Position numbers and translations under genes: made by a program
Shown here: piece after piece, positions 1 to 10,859 of the stretch
How positions within the stretch are numbered: the stretch's first letter is position 1
Layout: every line of letters starts with the position of its first letter
Assembly: GCA_043228905.1 (NCBI GenBank)
Contig: JBHGNT010000016.1
Location: 12,152,001 to 12,216,000, forward strand
From: Azolla caroliniana
Lineage: Eukaryota > Plantae > Polypodiophyta
Direction of reading: 5' to 3'
Length of the DNA: 64,000 nucleotides
The notes under the pieces: generated by a model
The model's input: only the letters and a program-made list of their open reading frames with translations
Told to the model about the DNA's origin: nothing
The model's database searches: none

Positions 1-182
1 AAACGATTCGTCCATTTTCTGTGTCGTTTCGCTTTGATACCACTTGACGGGAACTCAACGCTCCTTATGTCCAACGCTCGGCCACAACCGAGATTCTTTT
101 CATACATAGAAAACGGGAAACAAATGCACGACACAAAGGAGAGAAAAAAAGGTAGACAGGATGTTTACGTGGAAAACCCAAA
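1..182 (-). mobile_element. Copia fragment: 3' part of an LTR (~182-45), tRNA-iMet PBS (~43-31) and start of gag (MDES...) running off the window
   Basis: Minus strand reads ...GTTCCCGTCA-AG-TGGTATCAAAGCG...ATGGACGAATCG, matching the LTR end, PBS and gag start of the Copia at 39061-39115. Confidence 0.8.
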
Positions 183-1750
183 CGTCTTGGGTAATTTTGC
201 ATGCGCCAGCATACTTCGGACCCTCTCCATTATGGTTTGGTTCATCCTCTCGGCCAGCTCGTTTAGTTCCGGCGTCTTCGGCACGGTAAATTTGAGCCGG
301 ATTCCCTTCGAGTGACAGTACTCCTCGAACTGCCCCCGGTACTTTCCTCCGTTATTTGCTTGAACCGCCTTCAGCTTCCGGCCGGTTTATCTTTCCACTC
401 TCGCGTGGAGCTCTTTGAAGATGGATAGCACCTGATCCTTTGTCTTCAACGGTGTGGCCCACAGCTTCCGGCTGTGGTCATCTATGAACGTCACGAAGTA
501 CTGCGATCCGGCATGTGACTTCATGTCCACTTGACACACATCAGTATGCACCAACTCCAGTGGTGCATTACGTCTCATCGGTGGCCTCGATCGGAAGGAA
601 GTTCGGTTTTGTTTACCGGCCAGACAATCAGTGCACTTCTCCAAGTGCACGTTCTTCATTGGAATGAGGTTGTCGTCTGCAAGCCTCTTCATCCCCTTCT
701 CGCTCATGTGACACAGCCTCTTGTGCCACAGCTCACCGGCAATGTCGGATGCCACGTTCACTTCCTCTAGACATAACCGGGCATTCATCAGGTACAAAGT
801 GTTGACTTTCCGGGCCCGAGCCACAATCAGACTCCCTTTGCTGAACTTCATAACACCGTTCCGGATGCTACCCGCGTAGCCTTCATCATCTAGCCGACCG
901 GCTGATATTAGGTTCAATCGAACCTCCGGAACATGTCGAACATCCTTCAACAACATCTTGCATCCGGTTGATGTCGTCAACCACACATCTCCTATGCCGA
1001 CAATTCGGCATGTACCTTCATTCCCCATCCGAACACGGCCGTGGTCACCGACACACTGTCGGATAGTGGCCACGACTTTCCTATTCAGAAGCTTCCAATC
1101 CGACTCCAATACCCCCTTTGGTATTTCTGTTTTGTCGATTGGGTCGTACAAGTCTTTTACAATGAGAAGGTCTTCCATCTTAATCTTCTAGTCTGCATAG
1201 TTTTGTGAATTTAGAACCATCATACCTGGGAAGCCGCTCCTGCCTCCTTCCATTTTCTGTGTTGCTCGCTCTGATACCTGTTTGAAAGGAAAAATCGTTG
1301 CCGGCCACAACCGGTTGTATGTGTGTGGAATAATAGTCGATCTAATGAAAAGAAAAAAAACAGAATACAGAAACTGAGAATGACACAGATTTTAACGTGG
1401 AAACCCGAACTGGGAAAAACCACGTGGAGTCCACAAATCCGTACAATCAGAGATCTCAAAGGCAATGACCTCGAGATCCTGCTTCGCCAATAGGCGGCTA
1501 TGGAGCTCACACGCTTCCACTCACACTTGTTCACTCTCACAGTTACGGATGCAACAACCTCGTCAACAGTAACTTTACAACAACGCACATATCTAACATG
1601 ATTGCCCTAAGTACTTATATACCTTTCGACTATTTACAAGTTTAGCCTTCCGTGTTGGCTATCTCCACGATTTCCGGATTTGGCCTCGGCCGAGTTGCTC
1701 ATCAACATGGTTCTTCTCACTTCCCATCCGGAGGGACCTGTTTCCTAACA
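183..1750 (-). mobile_element. Internally deleted Ty1/Copia element (Tork/Tnt1-like): 5' LTR 1750-~1279, PBS, gag fused by deletion to the protease end, GAG-pre-integrase and integrase
   Basis: LTR starts TGTTAGGAAAC; GGTATCAGAGC PBS at 1268-1278; ORF 387-1178 jumps from gag (KVVATIRQCV) to GDHGRVRMG...LWHKRLCH...ELVHTDVC; highly similar to the intact element at 30283-35747. Confidence 0.85.
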
Positions 1751-2472
1751 GTGCCAGCAGTCCGTTGCGGCCTTCCCTTGCGGGGTCCCAGCGCCGCTAT
1801 GACTCCCCTTGGTTGTGGAGTGTTCGGAACTGCTCCAACATTTTGATTATGTTGCCTGTTCTACTCTTGTCGGCTGCCTCCATTGCACGCCAACCTGCCT
1901 CGGTTGCCACAACTATAGGGTCTCTCTTCCTCGGTGTACAACATCTTCTTGTTAGTGTGCGTACTAATCGACGCACCCGCGTGGTTTTCCTCTACGAGCA
2001 ACATTGTTTGAACCTCGAAGAACGACGATGTATCCTCCCGCGTACAAACAACAGTTCGGAATGCTCCAAACTTCGACGCTAACCCTTCGAGACAAACCTG
2101 CACCATTTCGTCATCCTTGATGTTTACATTGACGAAGGCAAGAGAGTCACATATGTCCTTGATCTTGGAGGTGTAGTCAGCCACCGACATATCTCATTAT
2201 CGAACATTGCTCAACTCTTGCCTGAGTTGAAGCTTCCTGGCTGTGGTGCTTGCGACGAAAATCTTTTTCAGATTTCCCCAAGCATCCTTTGGCGTCTTCA
2301 CATCCCGAATGTAGCTTAGAAGTTGATCGCTCACACAGGTTGCAAAGCAGTAGAGAACTTAGCTTGCTGTTTGTTCCAAGGTTGGAAAGTCTCTGTGTGT
2401 CGATTCGGGTGTTGTGTCATTTGCTCCATCGACATAACTCTAGTAGCCGTGCCCGAGTAGGTACTGGTGCAT

Positions 2473-2926
2473 TATTATAGATCATAGTACTAATGTAAGC
2501 TTAAGATAAGGATAAAGAAATGAAAGATAGAAAGGAGAAAGAGAAAGAAGGGTGCCGATCCACCCGACCACCCCCGAGCGAAGGGATCGAGACGGACTCG
2601 AGCCTCGATCGGCGTCCCATACCACCGCCGTGGCGTCGAGTCGTACCTGGTGCTGGCGCGCTCACTACAAGAGTTGACCCACCACACGAGCAGAGTCTCG
2701 ATGTAGTCAAAAGATGATCAAATGAGGGTAGCTAGGCCTCTTATTTATAGCGATACCCAAGGCCCCCAGGCAAGTTCACACTTGACCTAATGGGTTGTCT
2801 CAATCCCGAGGATAAAAGTAATCCTCCCCTTCTTTACACTCTCATTTAACCCTCACACTTATCCACGTGTATAGATTACTACGGTAAATTCTTACCACGG
2901 GATATTATATGGTCATGCTCGTAACA
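2473..2926 (-). repeat. 3' LTR of chromovirus
   Basis: Direct repeat of 9035-9488; preceded on minus strand by PPT. Confidence 0.95.
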
Positions 2927-5603
2927 TACTCCCCCTCTTTAAAACATTGCACTCTTGCAATGGAAAGTTAGGGAAGTTAGTTCTAAGAGTAGTTTCGCGT
3001 TCCCATGTGGCATCTTTTATTGATTTATCCAGCCATTTTATTTTAAATTCTCGGATTTCTTTAGTACGTAATTTTTTTGTTTTAACATCGAGAATTCTTT
3101 CTGGTACATGTGGTTTAGAAGATAATTCTTCAGAAGTAACCAGAGTTTCAGTCGTAACTGTATTGTCGCCAGAACCTAGAAGTTCTTTTAGACGACTCAC
3201 ATGAAAGACTGGATGAATTCCGACACCATCGGGAAGAGCGAGACGATAGGCTGATGACCCAATGCGTTTGAGGACTGTAAAAGGTCCACAAAACCGTGGG
3301 GCTAACTTAGCGCACTTACCCGTAGACAATGTCTTAGAATTGTGAGGTACACGTAAAAATACCTTCTGTCCAGGGTTGAATACACGAGGTTGCCTATGAT
3401 GATCGGCATAAAAACGCGCTCTATCTTGAGCTGTTTTTATATTATCTCGTGCAATATGCAACATATCTTGCATATCCCGAAGAAAGTTTTGCGTACTTCG
3501 CAACTCATCATGATGTATAGTAACATCAATCGGGGCTCGTGGCTGAAAACCATACATCAACATAAAAGGACTATATCCCGTCGACGTATGCTTGGAGCTG
3601 TTATAAGCAAACTCCAAAATTGGGAGATAACGTTCCCATTTTGTTGGTTTTGCACCAACGTATGCTCGAAGCATGTCCTCAATAATTTGATTTACTCGTT
3701 CTGTCTGTCCATCGGATTGAGGATGATCCGTGGAGCTCATGCTCAACGTAGTTTCTAACTTCTTAAAGACTTGTGTCCAGAAGTCACTAGTAAACTTTGG
3801 ATCTCGATCACTCACGATATCCATCGGTAACCCATAAAAACGAAACAATTCGTCAATGAATTGGTAAGCCAATTCAGGAGCTGTTACCGTGGTTTTAGTA
3901 GCAATAAATCTGGCCATTTTAGTTAGTCGATCAACGACAACCCAGATGGCATCATGACCTTTTTGGGTGCGAGGAAGGCTAACAATAAAATCCATGGATA
4001 TACTTTCCCACTTATTATTGGGAATGTCCAAGGGATGTAAAAGTCCTGCGGTTTTAAGTCGCTCGGCTTTGTTAACCTGACACTGGTGACATTTAGTCAC
4101 ATAACTATGTATGTCAGGACGCATCTTAGGCCAATAAAATTGAGTGGAGATGAGAACGAGTGTACGATGTATTCCAGGGTGCCCTGCTGAGGGTGCATCA
4201 TGGCATTCAAAAAGAATCCTCTTTTTGACCTCGGGTAAATCTGGAACACAAACCTTCCCATTACGGTAGAGCAAACCGTTAGCAATGTGGAAGTATTCCT
4301 TCGAGGATGTGGTGGTGTCTGTTCCAGACTCAACTCTTGCCCAGTATTTTGCAAAATAACTGTCATCAGGATACTTTCCTCGAAGGTGATCATAAAGATC
4401 TGATGATATTTCAGTGAAGCTAAGCGTGTTAACTTCACGGATGCGACTTAGTGCATCAACGACAATGTTCATGGAACCTTTACGATATCGTATGGAAAAA
4501 TCAAAGTCCTGGATGAGATCAGCCCATCGTGCCTTACGACCTTTCAGGTCTTGTTGGTCACAAAAATATTTCAAGGACTCGTGGTCCGTAGTTACCACAA
4601 AGTGATTTCCATAAAGATAATGGCGCCATGTTTTGAGCGCATGTATAACTGCAAATAATTCCTTTTCTTGAACGGTATACCGACATTGAGCAGAATCAAG
4701 TTTCTTACTCTCGAATGCTATTGGTTTACCATCTTGATACAAGACAGCACCTATAGCATAATCGCTTGCATCGGTTTCAACCTCAAAAGGTTTTGAAGGA
4801 TCGGGTAAAAGAAGTGAAGGAGCCTTGCAAACCAGGTCCTTGAGTTCCTTAAAGGCAAGGTCTAGTGTAGCATTCCACACAATAGGTTTTGTAGACTTAC
4901 GCGTTTGACCTTTTAAAAGATCAGTAAACGGCATCGTCAATTGGGAGTAATTACGAAGAGACTTTCGCAAAAACCCCACAAAACCAAGGAATGATCGAAC
5001 TTCTCGAATATTCCGAAGAGTGGGCCAAAGCTTGATTTTCTCAATGCGAGAAGGATCAATTTCAACTCCTCGTTCGGTTATGAGATGTCCTAGATAAGTA
5101 ATTGATTTCTTGAAGAACTCACATTTTGAGATCTTCGCATAAAACTGTTTGTCACGCAATGTTTGTAAAACAAAGCGGACATGTCTAGCATGTTCTTGTA
5201 ATGTACGACTATAAACTAAAATATCATCCAAGAAAATAACGACAAATTTTCCAAGTTGTTCTCGGAAAATGTCATTCATTTCTTGTTGAAAAGTAGCCGG
5301 AGCATTGGTCAAACCAAAAGGCATAACCAAAAACTCGTAATGGCCATAGCGCGTACGAAATGCTGTTTTAGGAACATCGTCCTCACTTATTCGTATTTGA
5401 TGGTAGCCAGTACGGAGATCAAGTTTCGTAAAATACCGAGCTCCCTGGAGACGGTCAATTAGATCGTCAGCCCGGGGCAATGGATACGAATTCTTGATCG
5501 TCACTTTATTCAAGCGTCGGTAATTAATACACATACGCCATGTGCCCTCTTTCTTTTTAACCAAGAGAACTGGTGCACCCCATGGAGATTTACTATAACG
5601 TAT
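2913..5603 (-). CDS. pol: Gypsy Pol: reverse transcriptase, RNase H, integrase, C-terminal chromodomain (in frame with upstream gag-pro after a single TAG)
   Basis: [39 protein letters not shown] zinc finger, ISMDFI/SDRD/GQTER catalytic motifs, GPF, PERILD..IKW..ATWE chromodomain. Confidence 0.9.
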   Translation of the reverse strand: MRYSKSPWGAPVLLVKKKEGTWRMCINYRRLNKVTIKNSYPLPRADDLIDRLQGARYFTKLDLRTGYHQIRISEDDVPKTAFRTRYGHYEFLVMPFGLTNAPATFQQEMNDIFREQLGKFVVIFLDDILVYSRTLQEHARHVRFVLQTLRDKQFYAKISKCEFFKKSITYLGHLITERGVEIDPSRIEKIKLWPTLRNIREVRSFLGFVGFLRKSLRNYSQLTMPFTDLLKGQTRKSTKPIVWNATLDLAFKELKDLVCKAPSLLLPDPSKPFEVETDASDYAIGAVLYQDGKPIAFESKKLDSAQCRYTVQEKELFAVIHALKTWRHYLYGNHFVVTTDHESLKYFCDQQDLKGRKARWADLIQDFDFSIRYRKGSMNIVVDALSRIREVNTLSFTEISSDLYDHLRGKYPDDSYFAKYWARVESGTDTTTSSKEYFHIANGLLYRNGKVCVPDLPEVKKRILFECHDAPSAGHPGIHRTLVLISTQFYWPKMRPDIHSYVTKCHQCQVNKAERLKTAGLLHPLDIPNNKWESISMDFIVSLPRTQKGHDAIWVVVDRLTKMARFIATKTTVTAPELAYQFIDELFRFYGLPMDIVSDRDPKFTSDFWTQVFKKLETTLSMSSTDHPQSDGQTERVNQIIEDMLRAYVGAKPTKWERYLPILEFAYNSSKHTSTGYSPFMLMYGFQPRAPIDVTIHHDELRSTQNFLRDMQDMLHIARDNIKTAQDRARFYADHHRQPRVFNPGQKVFLRVPHNSKTLSTGKCAKLAPRFCGPFTVLKRIGSSAYRLALPDGVGIHPVFHVSRLKELLGSGDNTVTTETLVTSEELSSKPHVPERILDVKTKKLRTKEIREFKIKWLDKSIKDATWERETTLRTNFPNFPLQECNVLKRGSMLRA

Positions 5604-7346
5604 CTAACCCATTCGTAAATAGTCCTTGAGTTGCTTAGATACCTCATCTTCTTCGGATCGACTTAAGCGATACGGAGGTATACTTATTGGTGCAACACCA
5701 GGTACAATATCTATACGATGGTCTATATTACGTTTAGGAGGTAACCCATCAGGTAGTTCACTTGGAAAAACATCATGAAAATCATTTAAGATTTCATCAA
5801 GTTGTTGTTGTTCAAAATATGTTAATTGAATCGGGACATTATCGATATTGTAAACGTGAATGTCCGGATCAAGTACACAATAAAATAACGTAGAACAAGA
5901 CAACTCGGATATTGATGGACACGAGGAAACAATCGAGAGGGATTGTTTTTTTACACATTGAATAAAATGCGTACAATCGTTCAGTACAAAAGAAATGGAA
6001 TGACGAACCCAATCAATCAATAAAGAAGAGTTTTTATTATAAAACCAGGGATAACCCAGTATTACATCGGTGGTACAAAGATTCATTACATGGAAGTCTA
6101 CTTCCTCTATATAAGTATCAATAGAAATTCCTAATGAATGAATCGCCCCGTTGATGTATTGTACTCTTCCATCAGCCAAGTGCACCGTGTAGGTGTGATC
6201 ACTTACGGTGGGTTGGATTCCCCATATCTGAACCAAACGATCATTCACAAAATTGTGTGAGCTTCCCGAATCAAATAAAAATTGTACGGGAGATCCATTG
6301 ATATACCCGTTTGCACGTAGTAAATCATTGGGACCCAATACATAGTGAGGGAAAGAACATTGACAATTACTTAAATGATGTGTATAGACCCGAAGGACAT
6401 TAGGAATTTGACCTTTATGGTCTGCAGCTTTAGCTTTGTTGTCGTGCTCTTTCCGTTGGAGCTTTCGACATTGATCTTTTGTATGACCCTTCTTTTTGCA
6501 GAATACACAAAAAGGATGTTGTCGCTTACAATCGCGATCCAGGAATTCGTTGGGTGTCTTGCGTTTCCCAACAAATTGCGACTGCTTAGTCCCGGGCGCT
6601 TCGTTGGGTTTGTTATGGTCCTTCTTCGAAGTGCGTTGATAGCGAAGAACTATTTCAACGGCCTCTTCGAAGGATTTTGGATCCTTATCGTGCACTATCC
6701 AGTGATAGTCCGAATTGGGGATGCCATTGACAAAACAAGCTATCAACCAATTGTCCCCTTCTAGACCCGATTTTTGGATTTGGGTTCTAGCATGGTGAAC
6801 ATAGTCTTCTAGCGAGGAAAATTTCCTGCTAGAGAGGTTCATTAAAGCTTGTGCTGCCTCGGTTCGAGAGGGAGGTTGCAGAAATTGGCCCTTAAAAACC
6901 GTGACAAAATCTGTCCAGGTATCGGGCAATTTCCCCATAGTACGGAGGCCACGCCACCAGGCGGCAGCCTTACCCCCGAGTTCTCGGCCGACATATGCAA
7001 TCTTCGTACTATCTGGCGTGGGATAGAGCTCAAAATGAGACTCCCATCGTCCCAGCCATGTGCAGATTGCTTCTTCGGTTCTTTCCTTTTTGTCTCCCGT
7101 AAATGGCTTAACGACAAATGATGGTTCACCTTGTCGCTCATCAGGTCTATTAGTCTCACGTTGTAGACTAATGACACGTGCCTCAAGAGCACTCTGAGAT
7201 TGCCGAAGTTCGGTCATCTGTTGAGCGGTGAAACTAAGGAATTGGGTTATTTGTGCCAAATACATCTCAGTGGACATTTGTCCAGGAGGATTCCCTTGAG
7301 TTCCTTCCGCTTGAGCGGATGACATCGGGTCGTTAATTTGAGCCAT
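5604..7346 (-). CDS. gag: Gypsy Gag (capsid, CX2CX4HX4C knuckle), aspartic protease and start of RT
   Basis: 580-aa ORF; AAAWW capsid motif, CVFCKKKGHTKDQC, LFDSGSSHNF protease site. Confidence 0.9.
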   Translation of the reverse strand: MAQINDPMSSAQAEGTQGNPPGQMSTEMYLAQITQFLSFTAQQMTELRQSQSALEARVISLQRETNRPDERQGEPSFVVKPFTGDKKERTEEAICTWLGRWESHFELYPTPDSTKIAYVGRELGGKAAAWWRGLRTMGKLPDTWTDFVTVFKGQFLQPPSRTEAAQALMNLSSRKFSSLEDYVHHARTQIQKSGLEGDNWLIACFVNGIPNSDYHWIVHDKDPKSFEEAVEIVLRYQRTSKKDHNKPNEAPGTKQSQFVGKRKTPNEFLDRDCKRQHPFCVFCKKKGHTKDQCRKLQRKEHDNKAKAADHKGQIPNVLRVYTHHLSNCQCSFPHYVLGPNDLLRANGYINGSPVQFLFDSGSSHNFVNDRLVQIWGIQPTVSDHTYTVHLADGRVQYINGAIHSLGISIDTYIEEVDFHVMNLCTTDVILGYPWFYNKNSSLLIDWVRHSISFVLNDCTHFIQCVKKQSLSIVSSCPSISELSCSTLFYCVLDPDIHVYNIDNVPIQLTYFEQQQLDEILNDFHDVFPSELPDGLPPKRNIDHRIDIVPGVAPISIPPYRLSRSEEDEVSKQLKDYLRMG

Positions 7347-8519
7347 TAAAGATTTTTTCTGGAAAAGAAATAGGATAAGGTCAGAGATATAGTCATAACA
7401 TCATGTCGTGATGTAAACATATCATGGGCGAGCATTAATCGATATCATTATCTCACGTCAATACCCCTCTAGACGTATGAGATGAGGTTCAAGATCAGGT
7501 TACTATGGTAACACAAAGGTGTTTTAAAAACCATGGGGGTGACAAATAAATGTCTTTCCCTGATCTCTATATCGATTTTTTCATGGTGGCTCCCCGAGGC
7601 TCAACCATGTATGTTCGCGTCATGAATAGTTTATACACGAAAAAAATGTTAACAATAAACTATGTTTCGGTGCCCACATAAGTGGTTTCGGCTCTTTAAG
7701 TCCTATTACGAGGACCCCGAGGTGCACTTAGACCTTAAGTCTAAACATGTGTTATAGTCATATGTATCAAGGATGTTGTATGGTCTTGGTCATATTTGAA
7801 CTCGAGACCTCGAGAACAAATACATTAAACACTTGAGCCAACCAAGTAAGTTGGTCTTCTCGAATGTTTAATGTTTGATGCGTATAAGAGATATGCGAGG
7901 CAATTGATCATATATGTTTTTTTAAAAGAACATATATGTCAAGGGTCCTTATTTCGCCCTCATTTACCAAAACTATGTTGGTACGTTACCTAACCTCAAG
8001 TCTCGTAATTACGATGGCATACGCCAAAGTGCAACCTAATGGTGAAGCCAAATGAGCCCTTGTTTCGTAGTAGGCTCACGTGGGCCATCACATGGTCACG
8101 TCATTACGAATGCCTCTCGTAAGAACGAGCTCATGGTGGCATCGTATCCATGTAACGAGGGAGGGATGTTGGATACGCGCGTCATTGGAGCGACCTCACT
8201 TGAAGTGGGTCAAGCCCTACGTACTCAACATCATTTTGGCTATTGGCGTTTCTTTACGTAACGAAATCGAGGTCGTCAACGGGGTTATCAACAATAAAAA
8301 AATGTTGAAAAAGGGATGGTGACAACGCCATTCTCACAAAAATGTGAGGACGGCCACCAACATCCTTTTCCTGATCATGACAACTTTCGATATAATCACG
8401 TAATAACGAATATACACATATGTTTACTTATCACATATATATGATCAAATACGTATATATGTGACCACATATGCCTATATTCAACATATCGTTATAGAAA
8501 ATAGCCACAAATGATGTGA

Positions 8520-8790
8520 TCGAGATACGTAATCGAGGTATATACCTCTACGCACACGAAACATCCACAAATAAGAGATCATCGTAATACGCAATGGAGG
8601 TATTGACCTCTTACGCATACGAGACCAAACGCATATCGTTTACAACAAATCAAGGTATTAAACTCATACGCAAACGTAACATATGTTCGTGAACGTAATA
8701 CGTAATTGAGATATTAACCTCGTACGCATACGACACTCATCACATATTATTAACATGTCAAACGAGGTATTGACCTCGTGCACATATGTA
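8520..8790. repeat. Five diverged ~55-62-bp tandem repeats with palindromic core GAGGT-N4-ACCTC in the chromovirus 5' UTR
   Basis: Cores gaggtatatacctc, gaggtattgacctc, aaggtattaaactc, gagatattaacctc, gaggtattgacctc. Confidence 0.7.
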
Positions 8791-9034
8791 AACGTTTTAG
8801 ATAATCAATTAAAGACCACTACAACATCATTGACTTAATGAAAAAAATTACATATAAACTAAACACATGATTAGATGGGAGAAGAGAGAATAGAAAGAAA
8901 AATTCTGGAAAGAGTTACCGAAGTTCTTTGTTGATCGTTGTCTGGATCAAGGCCAACCGCACAACGATCGATCAGCATCAATCAAAAGACAAATGAAAAA
9001 CAAAGAAACATTAGTACAAAAATCTGATACCAAA

Positions 9035-9488
9035 TATTATAGATCATAGTACTAATGTAAGCTTAAGATAAGGATAAAGAAATGAAAGATAGAAAGGAGA
9101 AAGAGAAAGAAGGGTGCCGATCCACCCGACCACCCCCGAGCGAAGGGATCGAGACGGACTCGAGCCTCGATCGGCGTCCCATACCACCGCCGTGGCGTCG
9201 AGTCGTACCTGGTGCTGGCGTGCTCACTACAAGAGTTGACCCACCACACGAGCAGAGTCTCGATGTAGTCAAAAGATGATCAAATGAGGGTAGCTAGGCC
9301 TCTTATTTATAGCGATACCCAAGGCCCCCAGGCAAGTTCACACTTGACCTAATGGGTTGTCTCAATCCCGAGGATAAAAGTAATCCTCCCCTTCTTTACA
9401 CTCTCATTTAACCCTCACACTTATCCACGTGTATAGATTACTACGGTAAATTCTTACCACGGGATATTATATGGTCATGCTCGTAACA
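9035..9488 (-). repeat. 5' LTR of chromovirus
   Basis: Direct repeat of 2473-2926; followed on minus strand by tRNA-iMet PBS. Confidence 0.95.
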
Positions 9489-10859
9489 TGCATCTTGTAT
9501 GACCAAGATGTATAGTTGCTTCTGTCGAGCTTCTCCGTCGGAAGCGAGCTAGCCATTCCTCTATCCATTCTTGTTTCTCTTCAGTTCTTCACAGTGATTA
9601 CGGTTTGTTTGTTTGTCGGTAGGAAAGGACTTCAACCCTCGCGCTCTGATACCATGTAAAAAGAATAATATGTGTGCGGAAGAGTAATAGACACAACCGG
9701 GTAACAGAGATGAACACAAAAAGTTTTAATGGAGAGCTTAAATGACACAAGGTATGCAGGAGAGACAAAGTAGAAAACACACAAAATAGATTCAAAATAA
9801 TAACGCCGTGTACATAGAACGCGCTCAGAGAGCGCTTTTATACAAGTCCATACGGACTGACAAAAGTATTGACTCGTACTTCAATTCTCATTAATGAGCC
9901 TCCTACACTAACTCCCAAAATTATAGCCTCTCGGTTTACCCACCGCTACGACTGCTAGTTGTGTGCACGGTTTACGCACCCAGTCTACGCACTGGTTTAC
10001 GCACCCAATGTTGAGATTGTATCTCAACAACTCACTAAAACAACTACTCTCTCTTGGGGAATGTGAACACTCACAGTCATGGGGAATATGGAACTCATTA
10101 GTTATGTGTCATAGAATATGATTCTATGCCACATAGTTAATGTGTAGAGAGTAGTGGTGTGACTCTTGACCTTTGAGTGATCATAGATTCTCAAAGGGTG
10201 TGTTCACACGTTGCATTAGGTTGAGCTTGATTCTCAGTGTTATCTCTTCCTTGGAATAAACACCTTCCATGAACCCCGAGGCTATCGATATCAAGGGTCG
10301 TGGTACGTGAAGACTACTTCTCAACAGAGATTGAGTTAGGAAACGGGAGGGGGGGGGGGAAGATTATACTGGTCACAACCAGTTACTGTTTAACATGCGT
10401 GTAGCTTAAACTTATGATTACAAAAAGATCACCGAATAAGAAGAACAACAAGAGTTATATATTAAATCGAGATTTCCTTCCTCGGTTACAGTACGCGGCC
10501 CTAGGCCGGAATAAAGGTATGTAGTGCTGAGGACTCGTCAGCTATAATTTCCCTAACAGTATCTATCCATCCCCCCCTCCGAGGTACATAGGTCTTGGTT
10601 TATATAGCCTTTTACTAGCTAGGGCTGAAACCTCGTATGATTGTAAGGCTCAGACTCGACTGCATTTTGTTTACCAACTTCCTTACTAACTTTTCTACCT
10701 ACCGGTGGCCTTTTATTTCCTAATTTACTTTTCTAGCACATGGACAACACTTGGCACGCCCGTGGAACAGGGCCTTGCACGTTGAACCCACGATTACAAA
10801 AGGTAGGATACAAAATTAATTGCGCCAAAATTACAAAAATGCCCTTTATACAAGTACGA

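Larger units (their letters stand above)
2473..9488 (-). mobile_element. Full-length, very young Ty3/Gypsy chromovirus
   Basis: 454-bp LTRs 2473-2926 and 9035-9488 (one mismatch noticed), TSD TGCAT (2468-2472 / 9489-9493), PBS TGGTATCAGA 9023-9032, PPT AAAGAGGGGGAGTA 2927-2940. Confidence 0.97.
1751..10029 (-). mobile_element. Degenerate Copia host element: 5' LTR 10029-9655, PBS-Met 9642-9654, gag (ATG 9556) split by the Gypsy at 2473-9488 and cut at 1750
   Basis: TGTTGAGA...TTTACA LTR, TGGTATCAGAGCG; gag MASSLPTEKLDRSNYTSWSYKM|HQYLLGHG continues across the insertion into UBN2-like MSVADYTSKIKDICDSL (1861-2190). Confidence 0.8.

Noticed and set aside
2490-2717. Short ORFs in LTRs (also 9052-9279, 22870-23098, 30604-31140, 35261-35758)
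   Set aside because: They recur only because the LTRs are repeated; no protein motifs.
8520-8790. Palindromic spaced repeats as a mini-CRISPR
   Set aside because: Diverged units with related spacers inside a retrotransposon leader.
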